In this document: positions 36,567 to 50,760 of the stretch, in pieces | How positions within the stretch are numbered: the first letter of the stretch is position 1 | Layout: each line of letters starts with the position of its first letter | The notes under the pieces: generated by a model | The model's database searches: none | What the model was told of the DNA's origin: nothing | The model's input: the letters and a program-made list of their open reading frames with translations, nothing else | Assembly (NCBI RefSeq): GCF_009914755.1 | Contig: NC_060939.1 | Origin: the human T2T-CHM13v2.0 reference genome, Homo sapiens | Reading direction: 5' to 3' (one strand) | Length of the DNA: 64,000 bases | Made by a program: the position numbers and the translations under genes

Positions 36567-39141
36567 GGGGCTCCCTTCCTCCCAGCAGCCATGCTGTCAC
36601 GTGCTCCTTGCCCCGGAGAGGCAGGAATCTGTCCCGAAATGTCGAGCTGAAACGCTTCCTGGACGCTTGCTACAACCGTGGTCTTCAAATTCTACTAAAT
36701 TTTTCCAGTGGCAGGATTCACTGTTGAAAGGAAAGCTTCCCACCTTGCCTGTTCCTCCTAACCCCAAAAAAGTCGGGCTTGTGATCTATGGGGAGAAGAA
36801 TAGCCCCCGCCCCACACCCATCTGATGCCCAATTCTTCCCAATCCATCAGCCCCCAGCCCTGTCCTCATGTCAGGATCTGCCCGCGTCACTCTCCCCAGC
36901 CAAGAACTGGAGCCGAAAATGCAGTGTAGGCTGCCCCCTCGTGGGCAGTTAGAGAAACACATGTTTCTCATAGCTGCTAGCCTTTACCCACTGTCTTGGG
37001 GACCCCACCCCAAATAAAAAGGCAACCTAAGGAATAAGCGACTTTGTTTTGCAAATACAACTTCAAGACAAGTCTCAAGTCAGTCCTATGCAGAAATTCT
37101 AGAGAAGCCACTAAGAGTGGCCAGAGGACAGCCCCCCACTTCCTCTCATTCCCCAGCCTGGTCCTCATAGACCCACCTGGAGTAGAAATTCCTCGTGCAG
37201 GCCAGGCGTGCTGGCTCACACCTATAATCCCAGCACTTTGGGAGGCTGAGGCGAGCTGATCACATGAGGTCAGGAGTTCGAGGCCAGCCTGGCCAACAGG
37301 GTAAAACCCCGTCTCTACTAAAACTACAAAAAAAAAAAAAAAAAATAGCCAGGTATGGTGGCAGGCACCTTTAATCCCAGCTACTCAGTAGGCTGAGGCA
37401 GGAGAATCGCTTGAACCCAGGAGGCAGAGGTTGCAGTGAGCCAAGATCACGCCACTACACTCCAGGCAGGGTGACAGAGCAGGACTCCATCTCAGAAAAA
37501 CAAAACAAAACAAAAAAAACACCAATTCCTCATCTAACTCCCTGCCAGGAGTTCAACTTCTGTTCTCATACTTTTAAGAACAGAGAGCTCACTACCCTCA
37601 AGGCTGATTCATTATATTTTCTGTGCTGGGGCACTGGGAACACTGATGGTGCAGATCCATTTGTAACCTCCTGGGACTCTCACATTGCTCACTTAGCTGG
37701 AGCAACAGGTGAGAAAACGAGGGTTGCAGGTGTGCCAAAGGCACAGGGATGAGAGCGGCCAGTTCTTCACGGACCTACACCTCCACCTGCCTCTTCTCAG
37801 GGATCTTATATTCAAAGGGATTAAATTCCAGGATCTTGGAGATGGCTGCAGTCCAGCTGCCCCCTTGCTTCTGCTTTCACTTGAGAATCAGCCGAAGTTC
37901 CCCGAGCACCTGCTCCATGCCAGGTCCCTCCTGGCACTTTGTCCCACTTAGTCCTTAAAGCTTGCTGTGATAGCGATGTGCTAATGCCCACTGGGCAGAT
38001 GGGGACAGAGGCGCAGGAGGTCACTTGCCCAGGATGACACCTCTAGTCATTTGCGGAGTTGGATCTGGCCTCAAGCTTGCTGGTGGCTCTTGGAGCCCAT
38101 GCAGAAGTGACTGGGGCAACACATGACACTCCAACTTGGCATTCCCCTCAAAGGGCCTGGACCAAGCCAAAAGCTGCGGAGAAGGCTCAGGGCAGACTGT
38201 GAAGTCAGGAGTTTGACCCCAGCCTGCTATGTCATGCTCCTCCTTCCTGGCCCTGCCTCCACCTGTGCCCTATCTCTGCCTCCCACCTCAAGGTCCAGGA
38301 CTGTTGCAACCAGACCCTCCTACCCCAACCATGTCCAGCAGGAGATGGTCCCTGCACCAGAAGCTTCTGAAGGTCTACATGGAGGGCTGGCAGGCAGAAG
38401 GCAAACATCTCCCCCAACTTGCAGCCCTTCACTGCCGAGCAAACCTAGGACCTGGGGCCTGGGGTCTCTGCAGCTGCCATCTGGTGACCTCCTCATGGGG
38501 CAGGAAAAAGAGTTCAGGCTCTGGGGTGGTTCTGTAAATCACCCTCTGTGGGTCTCCCTTGCCCTACAGTTAAGATCTAGATGCTACTGTTTTCCTTGAA
38601 GGAAGATGATCAAATGAGAGCAAATGTGCAAACACCCAGCACACAGTAGGTGTTCAACAAAGTGTGCCTTCCTACCTGTCCTCACTTTGCTCTTATTACT
38701 CAGGAAAATCTGAGGATGTCAGCAACACTGAGGCCAATCCAGGATCCCCAGGGGCCAGCGTGGTGGTGGCCTTCAAATCAGGGAGCAGCCCACGGTAGGG
38801 GGCCCTGTGGGGTCCCAGCAGCCATATGCTGATCTGGCTCACCCACCCCCCAGCACCTCCTCTAGAAAAGTTATTCCACAGCCAAATGGGGCCCCTTCCA
38901 GCTCCCTGCCCTCATCCACCCAGGACCTGCCCTGTGATGCTCGCAATCGGGAACAGTCAGCTCTGGCTCCAGCCCTAGGTAAGCCTGGGACATGGTCCTC
39001 CCAGGAGCCAAACGGCTCATCTTTCCCAGAGCAGACATGCGCCTGCTCTCCAGGCGTGCCTCTGAGCCTGCCCGACAGGGCAGTGTGACCTTGCCTGCCT
39101 CTCTGTCGCTCTCTCATTCCTTCCCCTTGAGCTCTGTGCTG

Positions 39142-39160
39142 TGGCCACCAGGAGGCGCTG
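39142..39160 (+). promoter_or_regulatory. CTCF-binding motif (forward)
   Basis: TGGCCACCAGGAGGCGCTG, near-identical to the CTCF consensus TGGCCACCAGGGGGCGCTA. Confidence 0.7.
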
Positions 39161-39222
39161 TTCCCCCTCAGACCCGAGTAGACCAACAGCCCAGCGCCAC
39201 CAGAGACCAGACTGGATTCTAG

Positions 39223-39348
<126 letters not shown>

Positions 39349-39387
39349 TAGCTGGGACTACAGGCGTGCACTATCACGCCTGGCTAA

Positions 39388-39558
<171 letters not shown>

Positions 39559-40220
39559 TCACCCAGAGTGCAAGGGAAGACAATGGCCTTTGTCTAATTG
39601 CTGTGAATCTGGCACTTCAAACGCAAGACCTGACCTCATCTTCCCACCCGCCATGATGGGGGTGGGGTCAGGGGGCACCAGTCAGGCTTCTAAGTCACAA
39701 ACAACAGAGACTGACCTCCAGCTAACATTAGCAGAAAATAAATGCCCCGCTCACAAAGACAGAGAACCAAGCTGGGAATAGGGCAGTCACCCAGGGAAAG
39801 TAAGGGCTCCAGTGCGGCTGGAACAGGGCACTGCCAGCAAACATCATCTCCCTGGGCCCCAGTCACACATCCTGGCCCTAGCCGGCCTGACTCATCCCAA
39901 GCTTTGGTCCTGTCTCCCCAACATCTATCCTCACTCATTCAGCAAAGCGGGGGGTGGAGGTGGGTGTCAGCACCCGCGCCAGGCCCCACGCAAGGGGCTG
40001 GCTCCCAGCAGCCCACCTGGTGGGCCTCCTCAGTGAGCTGCCAAACACACTGCTGGCTGGTCACTTGGTGGAGACAGGCATTGAGAGCTGGCTACACCAC
40101 CAGCTGCAGAGGACTTGGAGTCGCTGAGGGCTGCAGGCTGCAGGAGGCAACCTGGCTGCGGGGTGAGGGTGGGAATCTTTAGGGGATAAGAACTGGCCCC
40201 AGGCTGGGCGCGGTGGCTCA

Positions 40221-40562
<342 letters not shown>

Positions 40563-42442
40563 TCACTTGAGGTCAGGATTTCTCAAGACCAGCCCGGCCA
40601 ACATGGTGAAACCCCATCTCTACTGAAAATACAAAAATTAGCCAGGCATAGTGGCACACGCCTGTAGTCCCAGCTACTCAGGAGGCTAAGGCAGGAGAAT
40701 CACTTGAACCTGGGAGATGGAGCTTGCAGGGAGCCAAGATCGCTCTACTACACTCCAGCCTGGGCGACAAAGTGAGACTCTGTCTCAAAATAAAAGAAAA
40801 AAAAGAAAAGAAGGAACTGACCCTGGCTGGAGGGAGAGGTGACTGGGACCTCCCGGGGCTACCTCAATGTCAGGAGAGCACTCCTGGAGACCCAAAGCTT
40901 CCAGTTAGGGATTCAAGAAGATAGACTGGGGCGCGGGCAATAGGGATGCAGGCAAGGAGCTTCTCCTTGGAACGGGAGCCCTGAGACCCCCGGGGGAAAA
41001 TCTGGTCACTCACGTATTCATTCAGCACACATTTATGGCTACAGGCTCTGTGCCTTCCCATGGAGAGACAGAAGAAAGGGAGCCAGTCCCTGTCCTCACG
41101 GAGCTCACCTCACCCAAACACACACTCTCTAGAAGGAAATTCTGGGGGTCTTACGGGCCAAAAGGAAGGGGCATTTCCCTCCAGGTCCTCTGGAGTCCCC
41201 TGACAAAGGCCCCTCCAGGCCTCATCCCTGACTCACTGGGGCTTCCAAAGTCTCCTCCGGCTCAGGGAGTATCTATCCCTGGCCCCAGCCCCCAGCCCAG
41301 TTCCACCCCACCCCCAATCAGGCAAGGAGGTCTTTCAAAAGCTCCTCTGATCTCTGACAGGGACAATGTTGGCACACAGGTTTCTTCACAGGTGTAACAC
41401 CTGGGCGGGGGCATTTGCATGGGTTTTGCAAAAGCTGGGCCTGAGGCTCACCAGTGCCCAGTTGCTCTCTCTTCCCAGCCCTCGCAGAGCAGACCTCCTG
41501 CTCCTTCTCACCTGCCCCACCTTGGGCCAGGTCTCTAACCTTTGCACTGCAGAGAACCCCAGGGCCTCTTTTCCTGCTTTCGCCCAAAGAGTTCCCAGGA
41601 GGAAAGCCAGAACAGTGCCAACTGCGGCTTCCAGTCAGCAAGGCAGAGCCTGGGGACTATTGGGTTCAGCACAAAAGTGACCCCTGACAGCATTGAGGGA
41701 GATATGTCAGCCTGCTGTGAGCCCAGGACTCCAGGTGGGAACCAGGTAGCTCTGGCTCTGCCCAATTCCAGCTGCTCCAGTGCCTGGAAGGTAGTAAACA
41801 CGCCCTCAATATTTAGTGAATGGATGAATGAGGGTTTTCAATTCATCAGCCATTGCGAAACTGTAGGCCTAGGAACAGACAAAAGGCCTGGCCCTACCCT
41901 TGGAAAGCCCGACTGAACCCAGCAGGGGAGAGCCAGAACTACAAAGCCTGTTTCAGGAGTGAGAGAAAAAATATTCATCTAACTGCCGTGGTGTGAAAGT
42001 CTGCCTTGTGTCAAAGAACCCTGCTAAGCAAGCAACTTTACATCATCTCGGTTTAGCATAAGTCCCCTGTGACATGGGTCCTCTCAGTCCCACTTTAGAG
42101 ATGAGGAAACTGAGGCTCAGAAAGGTTCAGTGACTTTTGCTTAAGGTCACAAGGCTGGGATGGGGTGCAGCCAGGACTCCAACCTGGAAGACTTTGTAAT
42201 AAATTGAGCAAGAATGATGTGGTGGCATCCCGGGTCCCTTTTCCCCCAGCTGGGATCTGGTGACTGTGTCCTCCTTAAATCCCTCTTTAGTTTTCTTATC
42301 TGCAAATAGAAGTAATAATAATATCTACATTGTAAAGAGATTGGGAGGATCAAATGAAACTTAAGACATGTAGAATAGCCAGGCAGGCCCCTGTAGTCCC
42401 AGCTACTCTGAGAGGCTGAGGCAGAAGGATTGCTTGAGCCTA

Positions 42443-42673
<231 letters not shown>

Positions 42674-44342
42674 CTACTTGCTGGGAGGCTGAGGTGGGAG
42701 AATCACTTGAACCCAGGGTGGGGGGAGGGGGGTGGCAGTGGAGGTTGCAGGAGATGAGATCGCACCACTGCACTACAGCCTGGGCAACAGAGCAAGACTC
42801 TGTCTCAAAAACAAACAAACAAAAAGACACGTAAAATGCTTAGAATGATGCTAGCACATGCAACACCTACATTAGCATTGCCTATTATTATTATTATTAA
42901 TTGAAATTCATATCACTTATTCATTCAACAAACGTTTGAGTACCAGGATTCAGCCTCCAGCAGCCGATCAGGACACAAATACGAAGTGGGTAGTCAGTGC
43001 TATAATACTAAGAAGTGGGCCAGTGAGGGACAATAGCAGAGGGGAGGCTTCCAGCCTTGGGATGTGGGAAGAGGTCATCAAAGCTTCCCGAGGACAGCCA
43101 GTCAATTCTCCAACCAGAAGCAGAAGTAATATTTTTAACATGCAAATCTGATCAGCTGAGGCTGTGGTGAACCCTCAAATAGCATGGGGGCGGGGCCCCG
43201 ATGCCCTAAGGATGAAGTCCAAAGACTCCCCTATTCCACAGGGGATCCTACAGGCTCTGGCCATTTGCGCCTCTGCTTCCAAGGCTCTGACCCCATCCCA
43301 TCCTGGCCTGTTTTCCTTTTGCCCAAAGCTCAATCCCTTCCAGTTCCAGGGCCTCTGCTCCTGTTGCCCCCTCTGCCAGGCCCCCAGGCACCACCTCTCC
43401 TCCTGCAGGGTCTGAGTGCTCAGGTGAGGAGAGGTCTCTGCTCCGCACTCACACTGCACTTGCACAATCCTCTGGGAACTTGCCTCGCCTTGTTGAACAC
43501 CTCTGCCCCCACAAGACAGAACATTCCAAGAAGATAGGGACCCAGGAGGAGGGAATCGTGTGCGTGGGGGAGGCGCTGGGACAGCCTGCAGGGATCCCAG
43601 GCACCTTGGCGAACTCTTGTCATAGACTTGGCTCTGGATCTGCCCTCTCTAGGGAGATATCAAACCAGGAAGCCCAGGACCCAAAACCTTTGCGATCAGG
43701 GGTCTGCCAGTTAACCCCTGAGTGCTGGCTGCCTCAGGCCCCGAGGGTGGGGTCCTCCAGTTCCCAGTGGCCTCTCAGTTGGGTCACCACCACACCACTC
43801 AAGCCACCAAGCCAACAAATCAAGACTTCTACCATCATCGCGACGGGAAACAAAAACTAACTTCTCAGGAAATCCTCTTGGAGCAAACTGGTGCAGTGGA
43901 GAGAGCTGACCTTGGTCTGACATGAAAAGCGGTTGTGCATAGTAAGTGCTCAATAAATATTAGCTGCTATTATCAATGATAATAATAAAGTACCTGGCAC
44001 ATAGTAGGTGTTCAGTAAATGATAGTTCTCTGGTCCCAGGGGGACAGAAATTAGAGGCAGTCAGCAGCCCCTCCCCACCTTACTCCCAAGGTCCTCCACT
44101 TGTACACAGGGATTCAGACCTATGGATCACCAAATCCAAACCCTTCAGTTGCTAGGTAGGGAAACAGGCCTAGAGGAGAAGGACTGGCCCAAAGTAAGAA
44201 GCAGTGTCGGCCGGACGCGGTGGCTCACACCTGTAATCCCAATACTTTGGGAGGCCAAGGCGGGCGGATCACAAGTTCAGGAGTTCAAGACCAGCCTGGC
44301 CAATATGGTAAAACCCCATCTCTACTAAAAATACAAAAATTA

Positions 44343-44573
<231 letters not shown>

Positions 44574-46680
44574 TTAGGAGGGAGGTTTTCAGTGCCTAGA
44601 TTCAGGCAGACATGTTTCCTCCAAAGGACAGCTTTGGAAGGATGGGAGCTCAGGCCTTCTCAGGAGGGCGAGAGGGGTTATTGGGAAGGCCAAGGTTTAT
44701 CTCTGCAGGAGGAAGTCTCAGCTGCTTGACTTGATGGAATCCCCAAGAGCCTGCTCTCCCGCAGGTCAGGCAGGAAGGGGCAGAGGTCACAGGGGAGGCC
44801 TGTCCTGGCCCCTGGTTCCCTGAGTCTTTGCTATCTGTGGGCCTCAGTTGGCACTCAGCCAACAGGCCCCTGGCATTAAGATGACAAGGGCTACTGTGGC
44901 CTCTTGGCTTCTCCCTGTTTCTCCCTAGAGACACTCAGCCCCAGCACTGGCCGGATCTCCCTGGCCACCTTCCCTGAAGGCCCCTTTCCCCCTACTTTCA
45001 TGTCTCAACCCATCCCCACAGCTCAGTGAGACCCTGCACCCTGCACCCTGCACCTTGGATTCATGCCAGGCCTGAGTGACCCACGGCCCATGCCTTTTCT
45101 GCTTGGTCCCATTGCCTCACGGGTGCCCCCAAGTTCTGCTTCCTGTCTGTGCCACCGTTAAGCCTCTTTCCTAGTGATGACTCCCGCGACAGCCTCTTTC
45201 CGGAGGAGGCGCATTCCTTAAGGGCCTGGTGGGGATGGTGATGACAGGGCCAAAGGACAGCTCCCAAAGCTGGAAAGCCAGCCACTGCGGGGGGCCTGGA
45301 GGTGCTGTCAGCAAGGGAAGCTGCCCGGCCCCTCTTGCTAGCAGCCAACTCAGCCTGAGCACCTGCTCTGCAGGAAATAGAAGGGGACTTTGCTGGAAAT
45401 CTGCCTTTAATCTTGGCTTCCTGTTTTCTGCCCTGGGGGACTGCCCAGACGGTCTGAGTTTCAAGCTATTTCACACCAGCTTCTCTAAACTGTCATCTCT
45501 GTGCAAAGAGGCTGGGGGAGGGGAGGAGGCTGGGTGGAGAGAGGAGCGGCCCTTCCCTTCCCAGGGGACCCCATAAGGGTATAAATGCACATACATGTGC
45601 ATAAGCTCTGGACTGCTGGAGGCCAACCCAACTTTGCATGGAGCTATCCCATTTGGCACTTGTATCATCAAAATGCAGCCAGAAGCTTCTCTCTGGTTCC
45701 CCACATCCAGGGGTGGGTCTCCAACCTCTCCTCTCTTCTCCATTCCCCTGGGGCAGGCCCAGCAGCCAGGCAAGAGTGGCCCAGCCTCAGAGAGCTAGTG
45801 TTCAGTTCCCAACACTGCCTTGACTCCGCATTTCACAGGCATCCCAAGCTCATTTTGTCCAAAACCAAACTCCTGAGTGTTCCCCCAGCCTGGCACTCTC
45901 CCCAGGTTCTCCCATCTCGCACCATCTCCCCAGGTGCTCCAGCCACACCTGAGGACTGAGGAGTCATGCCTGATTTCTCCTGTGGCCTCACTCCCCACAA
46001 ACAACCCCTCACGGAGAGCTGCCCTGGGACTTGCCTTTGTCCATTCACTTCCCTATCCCGCTGCTTCCACCAGGGCTAGACCCGTCAGCCCTGGTCCAGG
46101 CCATGCAACAGCCTCCTCACTAGGGCTTTGACCTTTGACCTTAACTTTTTTTTTTTTTTTTTCTGGAGTCAGGGTCTCACTCTGTTGCACAGGCTGAAGT
46201 TCAGTGGCTCACTGCAGCCTCCATCTTCCCACCCTAAGTGATCCTCCCACCTCAGCCTGGCTGAGATGGGAAGATTGCTAGCTACCAGCACACACCACCA
46301 TGCCTAGCTAATTAGAAATTTTTTTTTTGTAGAGACAGGGTCTTGCTCTGTTGCCCAGGCTGGTCTCAAACTCCTGGCCTCAAGTGATCCTCTTGCCTCA
46401 GCTTCCCAAAGTGCTGGGATCACAGGCGAGAGCCACAGGGCCCAGCCGACCTTCACTCTTTATCATATCACTACCCTGCTTATAAACATCTTTCAATGGC
46501 TCCCCATTGCTCATATGATAAAACCTAAACTCCTGTAATAAAAATCTCTGGCCCACAACACCCTATAGAATCTGTCCCTTCCTCAAACACCACTCTCCCC
46601 TGCTTGCCGGTCTCATCACCTTGGCCTTCTGGCTGTCCCTTGAGCCACTGAGGCTTTCTGTGCCTCAGGGTCTTTCACTA

Positions 46681-46959
<279 letters not shown>

Positions 46960-47019
46960 TCATGCCACTGCACTCCAGCCTGGGCAACAGAACAAGACTC
47001 CGTCTCAAAACAAACAAAC

Positions 47020-47051
<32 letters not shown>

Positions 47052-47052
47052 C

Positions 47053-47430
47053 TTACTAAGACAGTTGTAGATAAAGGCAGATTTATTAGAAAAAGTAGGA
47101 AAATACATTGCAAGAAGGCAGAAGAGAAGCTGACTGCCAGGAAACAAAAGGTTGTTGGAGATTTTATAGAATTAGTGTTATGCTATCTGTTGAGGAGGTT
47201 TTTGTGCAGTATCAAACGCCAAGGGTACAGTGAGCTAACTTGCCAAGGGTACAGTGAGCTAACTTGCAGGAGTCTGGTGATAGTCGGGCACAGGAAGATT
47301 GTGAATTATTTGCACAGGAGAGCTATATGTCCTAGACATGAAGAAAGGCAGACTCACAGCTTATCTAATTTCTCTTTTTGCTTTCCCTTGCTCCCACCGA
47401 CCAGATTCCCTTTCCCTAATTAGCACTTCC
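47053..47430 (-). mobile_element. ERV-type LTR fragment (LTR47-like, family uncertain)
   Basis: Minus-strand AATAAATCTGCCTTTATCTACAACTGTCTT resembles an LTR R/U5 poly(A) region; contains an internal 24-bp tandem duplication. Confidence 0.45.
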
Positions 47431-47447
47431 CACCTAGCACTTAGTAG

Positions 47448-47687
<240 letters not shown>

Positions 47688-48851
47688 TAGCCAGGATGGT
47701 CTCGATCTCCTGACCTTGTGATCTGCCTGCTTCGGCCTCCCAAAGTGCTGGGATTATAGGTGTGAGCCACGGCGCCCAGCCCAATAATTCCACCAGAGGA
47801 CAGGTCTGTGGGAGTGGGGCCCTTTATCGATTTGTTTATGGTTTTATCCCCAGTGCCTGGAGTACAGGAAGATTAAAAAATTTATTTCACTTTGCTGAGA
47901 AGAGGTGGAGCCAGGATTCAAATGCTGGTCTATTTGACTCCAAAGTTCACAGCTGGGCCACAGCACACCCAGGGGAAAAAGTCAAGTGCATTTGGGGATA
48001 AAGAAAGGTTGGTGACAAAACTGGAACAGGGATTAGAGTATTTTCCCCAAATCCCCAGTCTTTTCTTTCCCATTCTGCTAGCTGATTCAGCCAGGGGAGG
48101 GGAGATGTCAATTTCTCCCTCCCAGAAGCCTTTGCAGAGCTGCTGAAGTGCTTTCTTGTAGGCTGAGAGGCGGCCCCCCATCCGGCCCCATATTATCATT
48201 CCATCTTGACCTCAGAGGAAAGAAAGGGAAACCAGCTCTGCTGAGCACCCTTTCCACTCCCTCACCCCCAGGCCGTTATCTTGCTGAATCTGCACTATCT
48301 ATCATGAGAGAAGTATATTTTGAGCCTGATCTTACAAAAGAGGAAACAGCTCAGAGACCTTAGGTAACTAGCCCTAAGTCACACAGCTAGTAAGTGGACG
48401 GGTTGAAATTTAACTTGGAGACTTGAACCCCAAATTCATCTTTTTTCTGTTACACCACACCTATCTCTGAAACTTACTGGCTGTCTCCTCAAAGGACATC
48501 CCTCTCCAAAGGGCTGGCTCCAGCTGGGAAACCGGCCTAAGGGTGCCCTGGGTCAGAGGGCCGACCTGTGGTTTTGGGGGCAACTCCTCCTGGCATCCGA
48601 GGCTCTTTAAAACAATCTGCAGCCACACTGTCTCCCAGCTCCGTCTCCCACAGGGCTGTTTGCCCTCTTCTCGCTCCCTCGGGCCTCTTCATGCTTATTT
48701 TGTGTTCCAAGACTTTGTCAGCATGCCCCACTTCCTCCCCCCCAACCCCAAGAGTGCCTCTTCCCTCTGTCCACCCAAGCCTGACCCTTGCTTCAGGGTC
48801 TAGTCCCTAGAAAGTCCCCCACCTTTACCTCCTCCCTACGCTGGAGTCTCT

Positions 48852-48927
48852 GGTCTCGCCCTCATCACTGTATCCCCATTCTGTTCCCCGGTCTCACCCT
48901 CATCACTGCATCCCCATTCTGTTCCCC
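48852..48927. repeat. 38-bp tandem duplication
   Basis: GGTCTC(G/A)CCCTCATCACTG(T/C)ATCCCCATTCTGTTCCCC x2, two mismatches. Confidence 0.9.
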
Positions 48928-49799
48928 CGCCACCCTGCACTCTCCCACCCCTGTCATGCCTGAGCACGCTGTCCTCTCCTGTGGCTCAGAGCAGGTCATC
49001 TCCCTGCTTTTCGTTAACAGTGATGTAACAGCCCTTGCTTAACGGAGGGCTCCTCACGTGCCAGCTACTGCATACTAAGCACTTTAAACGTATTAACTCA
49101 TTTCCTCCCCTCCCCACAAAAACTTAAGAAGTCGGTGCCATTATATATCACCTATTTTACCAAATGGGGAAACTAAAGCACAGAGAGGTTAAGTAACTTG
49201 CCCAAGGTCACAGAGCTGCTGACAACTTCTTTATTGCCTCCAGGCTGAACATAAACTCCAAGAAAGTCCCATGAGGCTCTTTGGATCTCTTTTGCCCCTG
49301 TTGTTTGCAGGAACCCATCTCCCACCACTCTCCCCCACCCACACTGCAAGCGGCAGCCGCCTGAGCTATATTTAGATCCCAGAAGCCACCAAGCTCCCTC
49401 CGCACTCCCCGCCCTTGTGCATGCTGTTCCCTCTGCCTGGTCCCGGCTCTGTGAGGTGTGAGGTCTCCCCGTTAGCCCTAGTTTTCTTTCTGCCTCCTGG
49501 GAACCGTGTCCACCACCTCTCCACTTTGATCAATTATTTCCTTGCCGTTGTCTGTCGGCCTGTCAGCCTACCCCCACCCGACCGAGAACGCCTTGACGGT
49601 AGTGAAATGGTCTTGCCAATAGACTCCAGAGCAGGCTCCGCCACGATGTCAGCGCCAGGAAATGTTGGTGAATGAATGAATGAAGGCTTTCTGCTGCGAA
49701 TCAGGCCCACTCTCCACAAACAGACCTGAGGAGAGGGGCCCAGGCCCGGCCCCCAGCGCTTCTGCAGCGGGAAAGCTGCGTCCAGAGAAGGCTGGGAGG

Positions 49800-50760
49800 T
49801 TGCTCCCAGGCCGGCTGAGGAGAGACCCTCGGAGCCTTCAACGCAGCCAGGCGGCAAGTGGGGGCAGGGCGTGGGCGCGGACACACCCCCCGCAGTGCCC
49901 CCGGCGCCCGGCAGGGGGCGCCGCCCCGCCGGCCCACGCCCCGCCGCGCGCCGGGCAGGCCCCCTCGCGCAGGCGCGCTGCCGCGGGCGGAGGATCCGGG
50001 CCGCGCTTCCTCTCGCCAGGCCTGCGAGCTTCCTCCCAGCGGAGCCCTGGGCGAGCCGAGGTTGGCCGCCGCCGCCGCCGAGCCCGCTGCCGCCCTCCCG
50101 CTCCTGCCCCACCCGCGCCTTGCCCGGGGGCTTCTGCCGGGGTGGGGTCCGAGCCGGGCGACCGCCCGGCTGCGCCGCCGTCGGGGCCGTAACCCGGCCC
50201 GCCGTCCCTCCCGCCCCAGCCAGCCTCTGGCCGCCGGAGCCCGCGGGGCGTGGAGCGCGAGGAGCCCCGCGGCCCCGATCGAGCGTCCGGGGCGGCCCCC
50301 GGCAGCCAGCGCGACGTTCCAAAATCGAACCTCAGTGGCGGCGCTCGGAAGCGGAACTCTGCCGGGGCCGCGCCGGCTACATTGTTTCCTCCCCCCGACT
50401 CCCTCCCGCCCCCTTCCCCCGCCTTTCTTCCCTCCGCGACCCGGGCCGTGCGTCCGTCCCCCTGCCTCTGCCTGGCGGTCCCTCCTCCCCTCTCCTTGCA
50501 CCCATACCTCTTTGTACCGCACCCCCTGGGGACCCCTGCGCCCCTCCCCTCCCCCCTGACCGCATGGACCGTCCCGCAGGCCGCTGATGCCGCCCGCGGC
50601 GAGGTGGCCCGGACCGCAGTGCCCCAAGAGAGGTGAGTGCCTGGCCGTCCCGGAGTGTCCCCTGGAGGGAAGAGGGTGGAGGTCGCGCGTCTAGTCTCTG
50701 TTGCTGCCACTGTCGCGTCCACTCCCATTCCCCTCTTCTCCCACTTCTCCCTTCTCTCCT
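49800..50760 (+). promoter_or_regulatory. CSK: CpG island / TATA-less promoter of CSK
   Basis: Very high GC and CpG density. Sp/KLF GC boxes (e.g. CCGCCCCGCC 49921-49930), NRF1-type GCGCAGGCGC 49967-49976, tandem ETS/GABP CGGAAGCGGAA 50346-50356. Confidence 0.88.
49990..50632 (+). other. CSK: CSK (C-terminal Src kinase) non-coding exon 1; TSS approximate
   Basis: Perfect donor GAG|GTGAGT at 50633. Exon end CCCCAAGAGAG matches the recalled CSK mRNA leader. Synteny: CSK is the next gene downstream of CYP1A2, and MIR4513 lies in its intron. No CSK coding exon is in the window. Confidence 0.85.
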
